Positions 29,291 through 42,557 of a stretch of 64,000 bases of DNA are shown here, in pieces. The stretch lies in contig OX597821.1 in the NCBI GenBank assembly GCA_951406725.2, forward strand, positions 29,450,001-29,514,000, in the 5' to 3' direction. A program made the position numbers and the translations under genes. The notes under the pieces were generated by a model that was not told the DNA's origin, did not search any database, and worked only from the letters and a program-made list of their open reading frames with translations. Position 1 is the first letter of the stretch. Every line of letters begins with the position of its first letter. Origin of the DNA: Octopus vulgaris. Taxonomy: Eukaryota.

Positions 29291-29795
29291 TCATTGGTTT
29301 ATTGGCCACAAGAGCTAACAAAAATCAATTAAAACATAAAGGGACAAAACACAGGACGAAAGTTACAAAGGGTTTTGTCCGTTTGAAAAAGTCCGTGCAC
29401 AAAAGCAGGATAACAACGAAATGTAAGTAACAATTAAAACGCCCAATAGGGGGAGGCGCTTTGAAAGGTTACTCGTGGAAAAACCCATAAAAGCCAAGGA
29501 AGCCTGGTCAAAAGCAGGGTAGGGAGCCCCTTTCTCCTTTTATATTTCCTTTTAATTCTCACAGGTGTATCCTCAGAATTGGTCCGTTCATACTGGCCAT
29601 TCTTGTGACATTCACCCACCTTTCAATAAACTTGCTACCAGACATCACTTCCCTCTCTACTCTCATCTTCCTTTTCAAGTTGATGAGGCCTTGGCCAAAG
29701 AGGAAAGTGTCTGACCTTAGCCCTTTCAAACGGGTCCACCATATCACTCTTTCACTACAGCCTTGCCCTCCCAGTTAAAGGAGGTCGGCGGGGAA
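29291..29795 (-). mobile_element. L1/Tx1-like LINE 3' end (ORF C-terminus plus 3' UTR)
   Basis: Peptide IWWTRLKGLRSDTFLFGQGLI...KFIERWV resembles Tx1/L1 ORF2 C-termini; the 3' UTR ends with AATAAA next to the (ATT)n tract. Confidence 0.5.
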
Positions 29796-29825
29796 ATTCT
29801 CACTATGGATTCAGCTGATAATTAT

Positions 29826-30030
29826 TCTTTCTACTGTAAGCACAAGGCCTGAAATTTGGGGAGAGGGGTTTAGGCAATAACATTGACCCCAGTACTTGAT
29901 TGGTACATATTTTATTGACTCCATAAGGATGAAAGACAAAGTCAACCTCAGTGGAATTTGAATTCATGGCATAAAGAGCTGGAAGAACTGCTACAAAGCA
30001 TTTTGTCCAACACACAAATGATTCTGCCAG
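29826..30030 (-). mobile_element. SINE family C
   Basis: Reverse complement of the family C core (aggatgaaagacaaagtcaacctc, gaatttgaa). Confidence 0.75.
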
Positions 30031-30129
30031 GAATATAGTATTAGCAATATTAACAACGATGACAATAACAATGACAGTAATAACAACAACAACAACAACA
30101 ACAATGACAGTAATAACAACAACAATAAC

Positions 30130-30177
<48 letters not shown>

Positions 30178-32086
30178 TTTCTTATATTATTGCTATTTTC
30201 TAAAGGATAACACTTGACAAATTTTAACTGTTTAATGTTTACAGAAAAATGAAATAGGGATATGGGGTGTTGCTTTTAGATTAAATGCAAAATATTCAGA
30301 GTACTCTTTATAGCAATAAACAAATAGCGAGAGAGTTTGTTTTTCAGCTATCTTAAGGTTAGCACTGGCACCAGATTGTCTCAGGGAGATGGAAGCAAAA
30401 CACATCTTGATGTGAAAGGTCCCTTAATTACAGTCTTTGCAAGAATCATCTACAATTTATCAAAATCTCTTCTGTCTAACTGCTTTCTTTATTTCTTTAA
30501 AAAAAAATAATTCTTCATTTAACCACATTGTGCATAAGCATAATATATACTGATGTGTGTGTGTGTGTGTGTGCATAAGGATAATAATATCTGTGAATGT
30601 AAATGTGTGTTCATGCTATACAAGCATTTGCGTAGTTATGTAGGTATACATACATATATTTATATATATGGGTACATATTATGAGTAGAAATACATAATC
30701 ACATAAAGCTCATATTCCTCTCATCCATTATTTCAAAAGAAACATAAATATGTTTATAGAAACATACAATTTTCCCACAGAGAAATGTCATATGTTTACA
30801 GAATATAAAAAATAAAAATGTTATACACACAGTAGAAATAATTCAGATTCATTTTTAATAAATTATATACACACACACACACAAATAGCAAGTTATATAA
30901 ATACATGTATATTCATGTGTGTAATGTTTTTATGCAAACAGAGAGAGAATTATCTCTCACACATTTTAAAACTACAGAAGAATAAAGAGTCGGGTGCCTG
31001 ACTATAAATCCTCATGGATTAACTACATAGATACAGTATTTGCTTTATAACCATGCAGTTTCAGGTTCAATCCTACTGCATGTCACCTTGGATAAGTGAC
31101 TTCTATTATAGCGTGAGGCTAAGTAATGCTTTGTGAATGGAACCAGTAGAAGGAAACTACCCGTACGCAAACCCATCATGTGTGTTTGCATGTGTGTGCG
31201 TGTGCGTATGTATGTGTGTGTGTGCACATGTTTGAGCACAGTGACAGTGTGCAGTTCAATGTTTAGGGCACTACACTCAAGGTTGTAAAGTTGCAGTTTT
31301 GTTCCCCAACCTGGGAAGGGCACATTGCTGAAAATGACAGGTAACAGTTAAGAACTAGACTTTTGACAGATTAGCATTCTTTTAAAGAGGAGTGTTGTAA
31401 CCTTGTTTGCTTACACATCACAGAAATTGAGATAAAGTCCAACCTAATAAGCCTTATTGGCTTCTGGCAGACCCCCATGCATGAGTGGGGTGGAATGGGA
31501 TTCATGCATGAATGCTGACGTTTCTGAATTTTCACAAGTTGATCTGAACAGCAAAACAGTGATGTCACGCTTGCATTTCCTGTTATTCTGCACTTTCAAA
31601 GTCCAGAGAGATAAAATTAAAAATTTCTGATTAGAGGAAAAAATAAAATAAGGCAACAAGAAGGATGCCTGGATGGACGTAAAGTACTACCTTAAGTAAA
31701 TATATGTTCAGCACATTCCAGTATGAAATAAATTGTGTGTGAGTGTGCATGTGTGTGTACACACCTCCACTATGATTTCATAAAGGAATATAAACAAATG
31801 ACACTGTTTGTATGAACAATGACTTTTGTAAGCAGAGAGTGTGCACAAGTCAAGACAAGGGGAATACAAACTCATCCATGCACATGCACACATGTACACA
31901 CCTACGCACATGATGGGCGACTTCTAATTTCTGTCAACTATATTTCATCCCCAAGACATTGGTCAACCCACAATTACAGTAGAAGACATCAGCCAGCTGT
32001 GACCACGCAATGAAAACAAGCACAAAAACCACACAGTTCCAAACTGCACTTCCTACCCACACAGCAATAACTTTATATATAGGTAG

Positions 32087-32128
<42 letters not shown>

Positions 32129-32165
32129 ACACACACATATACACACATACAGACATACATAAATA

Positions 32166-32780
32166 CAGTAATCCCTTGACTACTGTGGGTGTTATGTTCC
32201 AAAACACCCTGCAATAGGTGTAAATCTGCGAAGTAAAAACAGGACTTTACTCTTTTACTCTCTTTTACTTGTTTCTGTCATTTGACTGTGGCCATGCTGA
32301 AGCACCGCCTTTAATCGAGCAACTCGACCCTGGGACTTATTCTTTTTGAAAGCCCAGTACTTATTCTATTGGTCTCTTTTGCCGAACCGCTAAGTTACAG
32401 GGACATAAACACACCAACATCGGTTGTCAAGCAATGCTAGGGGAACAAACACAGACACACACACATACATATATATACGACAGGCTTCTTTCAGTTTCCG
32501 TCTACCAAATCCACTCACAAGGCATTGGTCGGCCCGGGGCTATAGCAGAAACACTTGCCCAAGATGCCACGCAGTGGGACTGAACCTGGAACCATGTGGT
32601 TGGTTAGCAAGCTACTTACCACACAGCCACTCCTGCGCCTACTGAATATATTTTTTTAATATTTTTATAATTTGTACATATTTAATTTATCATAAATGCA
32701 GAACAACACCACGGAGGACTCTACATAAGCTTAAATAATAAACCGTGATAGGTGAACTGCAATATGGTGATGGACCACTA
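32166..32780. mobile_element. pogo/Tigger-like MITE interrupted by a SINE
   Basis: TA|CAGTAATCCCTTGACTA left end; degenerate right end atatggtgatggaccacta|TA; subterminal motif g(c/tg)ataggtg at both ends. Confidence 0.55.
32246..32640 (-). mobile_element. SINE family A, full length, young
   Basis: Reverse complement of 12031-12460; ends ccacacagccactcctgcgcct; retains CpGs. Confidence 0.9.
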
Positions 32781-32861
32781 TACATACTACAAGACATTCC
32801 TTTACACATGCATCATACAGTCTTCCTTATGCATGAATGAGAAACTGTTTGTTTTCAATAG

Positions 32862-33320
32862 GTATGATTGTAGGGTGAGAAAGTTTGCTTTTCAGTCAAA
32901 TGGTTTTCAGTTCAGTCCTCCCACTGCACTGTATGTTGGGCAAATGTTTTCCACTATAGTCTCAAGACAATCAAAGCCTTGTGAGTGGATCTGATAAACA
33001 AAAACTAGAAGCCAACTGTGTGTGTGTGTGTGTACACATATGCATGTGTCTGCATGCGTATGTTGTGTGTATGCATGCGTGTTGTGTGAGTGTGCTTGTT
33101 TCCCTGCCCTGACATTGTATGATAATGGTAAATAAAAACCACCGTAAAAGTGGTGTCATTTATTTCCAATCTGCCATGAAAATATGTCTGGTCATGGGGA
33201 AATATCATCCTGTACGGAAACAGGCGAGGGTTGGTGACAGGAAGCACATGCAGCAGTAGAAAATCTGCCTTGGCAAAATCTGTGTGACCCATGCAACCAT
33301 GGAAAAGTGAACATTAAACC
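32862..33320 (+). mobile_element. SINE family B, full length (family A head plus RTE-type tail)
   Basis: Head ggttttcagttcagtcc...tgggcaaatg...aaagccttgtgagtggat, (TG)n, then a body ending gacccatgcaaccatggaaaagtgaacattaaa. Confidence 0.75.
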
Positions 33321-35136
33321 AGTTTTTACATCAATTCCATTGATGTTTCTCATTATTTGGCTGAACATCCTCATCAGCTCCTTTGCTTGTAACTAAAGGA
33401 AATAGGTATTTTCTTGTTATTTGGTAATTGGACTGGGTAACTTGAAGAGTTATGTAGGTAGATCATTTGTCAGTTACTCAGTACCATTGGAATATTTTTC
33501 AGAGTAGGCAAGATTTATAGGTGGCAGCAATAGATTGCAGTGTGTTAACCTTGACTTCAAGCTAAATATTTGATAAGATCATTAGATTTAAACAAAATCA
33601 AAGGAATTGTGAAATAGGAAAATCTAAATGGCTTATAAGAGAAAAGGGAGTTTGCATAGATGATGAGGTAGGTAAACAAAATAGATTAATGAGATTTTAA
33701 AGGATAACATTATAGGAAATCATAGAATATCATGAAATAACAAAAAGTGAAAAACAAAACAGAATGGCTGAATTATAAAATAGAATGAATTTGAAATAAA
33801 GTAAACAAAATAGATTAATGATATTTTAAAAGCAAGAAGCAATACATGTTGACAAAAGAGATGAATTTTCTTTATGCAATAGCTGAATGAAAATAAAGTG
33901 TTTGTTAAAGGTATACTGTCTTGTTATAAGAAGCTAATGTGAGAGAGGGGAGCAGGTATGCAACAGTTCTAGTTCAAGAAATTACCAAAAATTGCAGCAA
34001 TCCCCCACATATGGAGATTATAAATTATAGAGAAAAGGGAGTGAAGAATCATGAAATAGCAAAATAGAGTGGAGAAAGAATGTATGTAGGTAAACAAAAC
34101 AGAATGAAGAATAAAGATGAGAAACAACTCATGTTGATGAAAGATGAAATTTCGTACATACACATATGCAGAGTGAACCAAAAGTTAGATAGCTGAACTT
34201 TTCATCAAACCTCTCCCACAAATCATCATCTTCAATACCAGAATGCTTGGAATTGTATAGTTTACTATCTCTAGATTCTTAGTTAAAAACTTGAAGGTGA
34301 GAGAATTTTAACGTTGAACTTATTTTATCATATTCCTCCTCCAAAATAATAACAATAAAAATAATGGCACAGTGCACAGCGCTGTGTCATTATTATTATT
34401 ATTGTTATTATTCAAATAAAAAAGTAAACTGCCTTCCAGTAAATTTGTTGGAAACTGGGTGACAGTTGCAAGCATTGTCTAAGCACACAGGCCTATTCTG
34501 AGCATGTACTTGTAGAGGGAAGAAAGACAGCTAAGAGAAGGAAGTTGCCTTAGTGGTCAAGGTGGCCATGCTTTTGTAGGGTTTCCACAACTAGCCCTCA
34601 GAAAGTCTTCCATTTTGGGGGAATTATTCATTGTTGAAATTTATATTTATTGTTGCTCTTCTTCTTCTTACATGCTCCTTTATGTAATCCAAAATTATAT
34701 CATCCTGTACCATTCCTAATGATTTTGTAAACTCTTAACAGTTAATAAAAAATTGTTATTATTATTATTATCATTATTATTATTATTATTATTGTTATTA
34801 TTATTATTATTAAGGTGGCAAGTTGTTAAAATTGATAACATGTCGGCAAAATGCTTAGTGGAATTTCACCCATCTTTTATGTTCTGAGTTCAAATTTCAC
34901 CAAGGTCAAATTCACCTTCATCCTTTCGGGCTCGATAAACTTAGTAGTACCAGTCAAGCACTAGAGTTGATGTAATTGACTACTACTAATATCATTTTAT
35001 TATTATTATTATTATTACCCTCATTATTATTGTTATTATTATTATCATTATTATTATTACCCTTATTATTATTATTACCCTCATTATTATTATTATTATC
35101 ACTACTACTACTACTACTATTATTATTCAAAAGCTA

Positions 35137-35565
35137 TTGCATGCTAATTTAAATAGTAGGGATGCTATCCTGAGGTCTGGCGACAACAAGTCTCTTCAAC
35201 ACTCAATAATCTTTCTTTGCATTCCTGCAGAAGACAGGATGGCACATTCCTGCAGGTCAACAATACCTGTCATAATTCCAATATCTATCAACCTCTTAGG
35301 TGTTCCACCATCTTTTCATCTCTTACGCAAGGTTTTGATTGATATTTCTTAATTTTCTCGATTTCTTTGATATCCACTACTGTCATATGATATTGCGAAA
35401 TCTATAATCTAACACTTTTTTTTTTTCCTTCTTTGGTCTTCTACAATCATATCTGGTTTCCTTGCTTCAGAGAGAGTATGGTCAGTTTCTATAGAAAAAT
35501 CCAATAAAATCCTGTAATTATCATTCTCGATCACGCTCTCTGATTTTTGTTTATATTGCTCATCT
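35137..35565 (-). pseudogene. R4/Dong-type non-LTR retrotransposon remnant (restriction-like endonuclease)
   Basis: ESVIENDNYRILLDFSIETDHTLSEARKPDMIVEDQ..KKKC*IIDFAISYD matches the R(K/R)PD...IID motif of RLE endonucleases; contains stops and frameshifts; flanked by (ATT)n. Confidence 0.8.
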
Positions 35566-36005
35566 ATTATCATCACCATTATTATTATTATTATTATAAT
35601 TATTATTATTATTATTGTTGTCATTGTTATTATAAAGGTAGTGAACAGGAAAAGTAAAGAATAACAGGCTATGTTTTAATTTAGTTTTATATTTCTGCTT
35701 CAGTTTAAACCCTTCTCACCTTCACCTACTAAGTATTAAATGAATAAAATAAGACACCAGCTACTTAACAGGGTCCACTAAATCAAAACCTCATGGACAT
35801 GTGCAGATTTTTCATAAAACTTAATTGTTTTACATCCAATTGCTTTACATCCATTTTTCCATATTACTGAAGCTTTGCTTTATAGCCAGATGCCCTTCCT
35901 GCTTTTCAAATAAGGGATTATTTATTCCATTTGTTTAAACAACCTTTTATGTGAAGGGTAGGATGTAAACAAAAAAACGGTGTGTGCTTATATATATACA
36001 TATAT

Positions 36006-36051
<46 letters not shown>

Positions 36052-36902
36052 GGCCAGCCTTAGGAAGTGAGGGGGGAATTTCTGAGTGTCAACCCTACCC
36101 AACCCACCTCCAATTTCTGTGGAAAAAATTATTTGCAGCATATTAGGAGATGAGATTAGTTGATAGCGCAAGAAAAAGAAACAAATAAAAAGCATTATTT
36201 CACACCAAAATCAGGATGGGTGTCAAACTATAAATTTGCCAAACATTTTTACAATTGGTAAGCAAAACTATATCTAAACTACACTTTAGACGGTAAAAAT
36301 TGGAAAGAAATTTAGAAAGATCCCAAAGAAACTTTCATCTGTTGCATGATGATGTACTAAAAGAGATATGCATAAAATGCAAATTAATAATTCGAATTTT
36401 TCAGAAGCTGGTTGAATGCTTACCTTTATTTTTTTTTTTTCTATAACCTCTGTTGTAGAAAACACAGTGCTGTCTGTGTGGCAAGAAGCCTGTGTCTTAG
36501 CTATATGGTTCTGGGTTTAGCACCACTGTGTCACACCAAATGTTACCTACTATCTTTCTCTCTCTCACTGTTTCCAAAACCTGAATGTGTGCCATTGCAA
36601 AGAGATTTTCTCTTTTGAACAGGAAACAAGCAACTTTATCTCACCTCCTCTTTCTATCTCTCTGTACACACACAAACACATACATGCATGCATGCACACA
36701 CAATTCACCACACACTAAAAAATACATACACATACAATCATACACATACTAACATGTATTTTCAATAGTTAAAAGCATGTTTTTCAATACAGCACCACAT
36801 ATAACACTGTACACTCCTGTGGTGAGACAAGATGCTTGCATTACATGCAGTTTGCTGTTTTAGAGCAAAATCTGTTGGTTATTGCTTGCTGATAAGCATG
36901 AC

Positions 36903-37745
36903 TGTGTAGAATATATAATCTATGATTTGGATAGAATATAAACCATGTGGATTTTGTAGAACATTGTCAATCCATGTGAACTGCATAGATTATATACTGT
37001 GTGAATTGTTTAAATTAAATTCCATGTGAATTGTGTAATACATAACAATATTAACCATCCATATTTTCCACCCACTATTCTTTGGAGTGTCATAGGTGTA
37101 AAGTCCCCAGGTATCTTCTCCACATGGTCCCATCAGAAGCAACACTTTGCAACATGATTTCCAAGCATGACCAACTGAGATAAGGATATCTCATACTTGG
37201 TCTAACCCTAGATCTCCTACCAGAATCTGTGTAGCAATTCTTTCCTGTGGCATTCTAATCACATATACCATTGTGTAGAATATGTACCATGTGATATGTC
37301 ACGTAAGAGAACCATCCGAACGTGGCCGTAGCCAGCACCACATCACCTGGCCTCTGTGCCGGTGGCACGTATCAAACACCATCCGAGCGTGGCCATTGCC
37401 AGCCTCGCCTGGCCTTCGTGCCGGTGGCACGTAAAAAGCACCATCCAAGCGTGGCCGTTCGCCAGCCTCGTCTGGCACCTGTGTCAGTGGCACGTAAAAA
37501 GCACCCACTACACTCACGGAGTGGTTGGCGTTAGGAAGGGCATCCAGCTGTAGAAACACTGCCAGATCTGACTGGGCCTGGTGCAGCCTTCGGGCTTCCC
37601 AGACCCCAGTTGAGCCGTCCAACCCATGCTAGCATGGAAAGCGGATGTTAAACGATGATGACGATGATATAGCATATACTATCTAGTCAATTGTGCAGAT
37701 TATATACCATGTGAATCATATAGAATATATATACTACATAGGTTT
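36903..37745 (+). repeat. Degenerate ~25-nt minisatellite, split by insertions
   Basis: Units approximately tgtgtagaatatataccatgtgaat at 36903-37040, 37270-37295 and 37690-37745. Confidence 0.6.
37299..37667 (+). mobile_element. 5'-truncated RTE LINE 3' end, young, with three 62-66 nt UTR repeats
   Basis: Repeat units begin cacgta at 37300, 37366, 37428 and 37491; tail ggaagggcatccagctg...catgctagcatggaaagcggatgttaaacgatgatg. Confidence 0.9.
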
Positions 37746-38885
37746 TGTTATATAATATTGAAAGGTGATCTTGTGTAGGGTATGCACCGTTTAAATTGTT
37801 TTGACAAAATTGAAAGTGATCTGTATAGAGTGTTTCACACAGTCTACATAATGAAAGTATTTATCTCAAATTGTGAGTGAAGCAGTGAGCCTTGTGAGTC
37901 CATATAATACACACACACACACTCTCTCATACACATATATGATCATTATTATGAACTATAGTTTTCACTCTAATACGCCTCACATCTAATTTGTTTTCAT
38001 TTCAAGATAATTATTTTATTTTTGTATCATTATTATAATTTCTTCTTATTTTCTATTTTTATCTTTCTTGCTCTTTCTCTCACTTCTCCATTACATCTTT
38101 CCCACTTTTCCTCTCCTTCTCTCTTTCTCTCTTATTTCTCCATTACATCACTCCCTCACTGTTTCTTGTAATTTCATTTCTAAAAGTCAAAGCATTTTGA
38201 AATTACACAAGTCATGTGTCTGGTTCATTTTGTCACAATTGACAATCAACAGTAATGTGGATGATTAGTCAGCTAAAGTCTATATGACAATGCACCTAAT
38301 TATATAAGAAATTGGCTTCAATATTGCACAAATAGGATATAGAACAGTTGATTAGTTTCTCCAATTAAAATATGTAGACTGGCTGGACATTTTCTTCAGT
38401 TTTTGTTTTCTTTTTTGCAATTTCTTTTTACTTTTTGTAATATTTATTTTTTCGTTCATCTACTTTCAGTTTTGTACTTCCATCGATACTTAATGAGGTA
38501 AGAGACTTGATGGTTGATGATGTTCTTAATGTTTTAGTTCAAAGTAAGTTATTATTGAGAAGAGCATACTGCTGACCAGAAGCACTCCAGTAGTGGCCAT
38601 CATGACTACATCATCCAAAATGTCCCTTTTATTTAAAAACCTTTCTTTTCTCAAACTGTAGGTTGTAATTTGAATAAAATTTGGCTGCTATTACTTGCAC
38701 GTCATCCAACTGAATTGTGGTTCTTTTGATAATATAATCCGGCTTGTATCATTATAACATGAAAATAATGATATATCATCATTGTCCTTATCTACGGTTT
38801 AACAGTTAATTTTCCATGTATGTTCAGGTGCTCTTCCAAACCTCATTGGCTTCCATGTAACATGGTATATTCTGTAGTCCTTTGA

Positions 38886-38887
<2 letters not shown>

Positions 38888-38984
<97 letters not shown>

Positions 38985-39022
38985 TATACATATATATATA
39001 TAATATATATACATATATATAC

Positions 39023-39073
<51 letters not shown>

Positions 39074-39102
39074 TATACATATATATATATACATATATAT
39101 AC

Positions 39103-39133
<31 letters not shown>

Positions 39134-39134
39134 C

Positions 39135-39181
<47 letters not shown>

Positions 39182-39185
39182 CATG
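38888..39185. repeat. (TA)n microsatellite with periodic CA interruptions
   Basis: About 300 nt, with locally a 10-nt higher-order unit acatatatat. Confidence 0.97.
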
Positions 39186-39283
39186 CATACATATTAACAG
39201 CAGACTGTAAACAAATAACATTGTATGAACTATGACTTTGTTTACCAATAAAGGCTTAAACATGAAAACAAAGACGCACACAC

Positions 39284-39628
39284 ATCATCATCATCATGAT
39301 CATCGTTTAACGTCCGCTTTCCATGCTAGCATGGGTTGGACGATTTTGACTGAGGGCTGGCGAACCAGATGGTTGCACCAGTCTCCAATCTTGATTTGGC
39401 AGAGTTTCTACAGCTGGATGCCCTTCCTAACACCAACCACTCCGAGAGTGTAGGGGGTGCTTTTTATGTGCCACCGGCATGGGGGCCAGTCAAGCGGTAC
39501 TGGCAACGACCTCGCTCGAATCCTTTTACACATGTCACCAGCACACGTGCCAGTAAGGTGACTTTGGTAACGATCACGCTCAAATGGGGCCCTTTTACGT
39601 GCCACTGGCATGGAAGCCAGTTGACTGC
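39284..39628 (-). mobile_element. 5'-truncated RTE LINE 3' end (subfamily 2)
   Basis: Diagnostic gattttgactgagggctggcga is shared, inverted, with 57577-57947. Confidence 0.88.
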
Positions 39629-39859
39629 TCATATACATATAAGACCTTGCTCAGCCCAAAACCATAGTAGAAATCTCCCCACAGTGAACCCTAAACTACA
39701 AGGTTACAAAGTGAAGGTCTTAATTCCATACCCATGCTTGCATCTATGGTGCACAGAAATTGCAGTGTAACACATAAAAGGCACAATACAACACAAATCT
39801 TCTGGCATTATACACCACTGTATCAACTAGATTACTGGATATTATTATACATTCTGGTT

Positions 39860-40105
39860 ACAATGTGCTTCCTTGTATAGCTTTAGCTTTCGAATGATGC
39901 CACCCAGCTGGGTAAGCAGACAGTCCAACATTCTCCCTGACTTGAACATCTGTCCATCTCAGGGTTACCCATTTACAGCTGAGGTGATGGAGCAGCATGA
40001 AAGGAAGTGTTTTGCTCAAGAACGCCATGCACTGCCCACCTAGGATTCGAAACTACAATTTTGCAATCTCAACTGCATCCTCATAACCACAAAGCTGTAC
40101 TCATT
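39860..40105 (-). mobile_element. Old tRNA-derived SINE
   Basis: acccatttacagctgagg...gaagtgttttgctcaagaac...ggattcgaaac; related to the plus-strand remnant at ~10120-10290. Confidence 0.55.
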
Positions 40106-41712
40106 CACACACATATATATATGTAAAGCATGACGTAACAAAGACTTCAACTGGTCACTAACCTCTCTGTGAGAATTACTAGGAGAAGGGGAGCAGGATT
40201 AGTGCAAACCTAGATTAGAGTAGGGGAGGAGTGTGATTCAGACAGGAGGAAGAGTTATGGGACAGGTTATATTAGGTAAGAATTAAATAAATAACTGATG
40301 GAAAAAGTCAACCCATGTTGATTTTTCAGTTTATGTTTAAAATAGCCCATAAATAGTATAAATTACATAATAAAGAAAAGTAATGTATGTGATTTTCTCA
40401 CAGAATTTACCAGCTACAGTTTTAATTTTCTTTTGTTTTTCCTAAATAGGTTCAACCTTACATTGTATAGAAGGTATATATGCATGGTATTTGAAATCTA
40501 CATCTTGAGAAGCACTTAGAGTATTTGCTGAAGACTTCATTGGGGTTATAGATGAACAGACAGACAATTCTCATGCACATGTACACACTTTCACACAAAT
40601 ATGTTATTTTCCTTCCCTCACAAAATCTCATACATTTGTTCAATCTCTTCCGCCACCCTCTCTCTATCTCTCTCAATAATACAATTTTGCAACGTTATAT
40701 AAACCAGTAAAAGAAAAATACAAAATAATTTTAGAATAGGAGAAATGAGTAGTTAAAATGTTTATGGTTACTGTTATTACATCAGTGGTGTGTAGGAACT
40801 GAAATAGCTCCAATAAAAAGAATTCTAAGAAATGGTTTAATCTCTATTCTTATACTACAGGCTTCATAAAATAAATGATAATACTAAATAAATGCGTAAA
40901 TGTAATATGTTTTGTTAGAGGAGTATGTTTTGAAATAATATACCTCCTACAAGCTGAGATATTGTCTGCGTGTGCTTTCAGTGCTCCTAAGTTGAGTTCA
41001 CACATCTGCTTGTGCCCAAAAGATGTACCCAAAAAGCAAGATGCAAACTGAGAAAACTGCCTGCACTTAATTAAGTTGATAGATCTACAACTTCAAAATG
41101 TAGCAGATGGATCTACAACAACAGTATTAAGAGAGGGGTCTCTGCCCTCGTTATCAATGAGATCAACATACTTATTATGAACTAACAGATCTACACCCTT
41201 ATCATAAGAGCCTGGGCCTTAAACCCGCTACCTAGTAATGCAAGCATAGTCTTCACAGCTAGATATCCTTATTATAAATTCAGAGCTACATACTCTCTCT
41301 GGGCTAACATGTCTATGATGACCATCTCCTCCTCCATGCATACATCTGTGCACCCTCCTTTTAAGCCAAATGTAGTATCATTGTTTTATCATAGTAGTGC
41401 TGCATATGTTTTGCATAAGTGTCAGGTGACTCAACTTGATGGTCATGTGATGAAGGTTAATTTGATTTAACAAGGGAGTGCATGTAACAACTGCATTATT
41501 TCGATAAACAGTTTATCATGGGACTTCAAGTGTACACCTTCATGAGAAACTGAGAAATATGCAACCTCATAATGAAATGAGAAGTCTATACCCTCATTTC
41601 AAACTCACATGCATAAGCCCTCAAAATTTGATATTTGATGGCAAAATACCACTTCAAGAATACACCAGAAAGAAAATATCCCTTAAATGCAGGCATTGGC
41701 ATGTGGTTGAGA

Positions 41713-42095
41713 TAGGCACAGGCATAGCTATGAAGTTAGCTTGCTTCCCAACCATGTGGTTTTAGGTTCAGTCCCACTGTAGAGAATCTTGGGAAAAGGT
41801 CTTCTACAAAAGCCATGGGCTGACCAAAGCCTTATGGGTAGATTCAGTAGACAGGAACTGAAAGAAGCCTCTGTGTGTGTATATATGTTGTGTGTGTGTC
41901 TTTGTCACCCCATCACCACTTGAAAACAAATGTTGTCTTATGTCCTCATCACTTAGTGGTCTGACAAAAGAGACCAATAGAATAGGTACCAAACATAAAA
42001 AATAAGTACTAGGGTCAATTTGCTTGGCTAAACCCTTCGAAGTAGTGGCCCAGCATAACCACAGTCCAATGACTGAAAGAAGTAAAAGATAGATA
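41713..42095 (+). mobile_element. SINE family A
   Basis: Collinear with 12031-12460 from head to tail. Confidence 0.85.
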
Positions 42096-42491
42096 CTCCC
42101 ACCAAAAGAAAAAAGAGAAAATTGAAAAAGATAGATGATTACAAAACGAACATTAAAAATATGTGACCAAGACTCAACAGTTACTTCCCTCAAGGTAAAT
42201 TATACCATTTACATCAGAGCTGCAAGATTAAGATGGTTCATTAGTAGAGTAACCATAGATACCAGGAAGCATGAAAAGAATATTGGAATGGGTGTGTACG
42301 TTAAAGAAGCAGCTAAGAAGGAAATGTTTGGGTTTGGAGGAAGGAAATAATGTTTTGTTGGTGCCTATATAAATTGAAAATGGTGAGAAATGATCTCTAT
42401 AGCAGACATTCCAGACGGGAACAACATGGAACAGTAAAAATAATGAAGCTTATTATGGTTGTATTAGGTGTGTGTGTGTGTGTGTGCATGC

Positions 42492-42557
<66 letters not shown>

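Noticed and set aside
38470-38503. 28-nt plus-strand exon candidate (tttcag...gag|gtaaga)
   Set aside because: Not frame-preserving and set in very T-rich background where such matches are expected; cannot be supported without RNA data.
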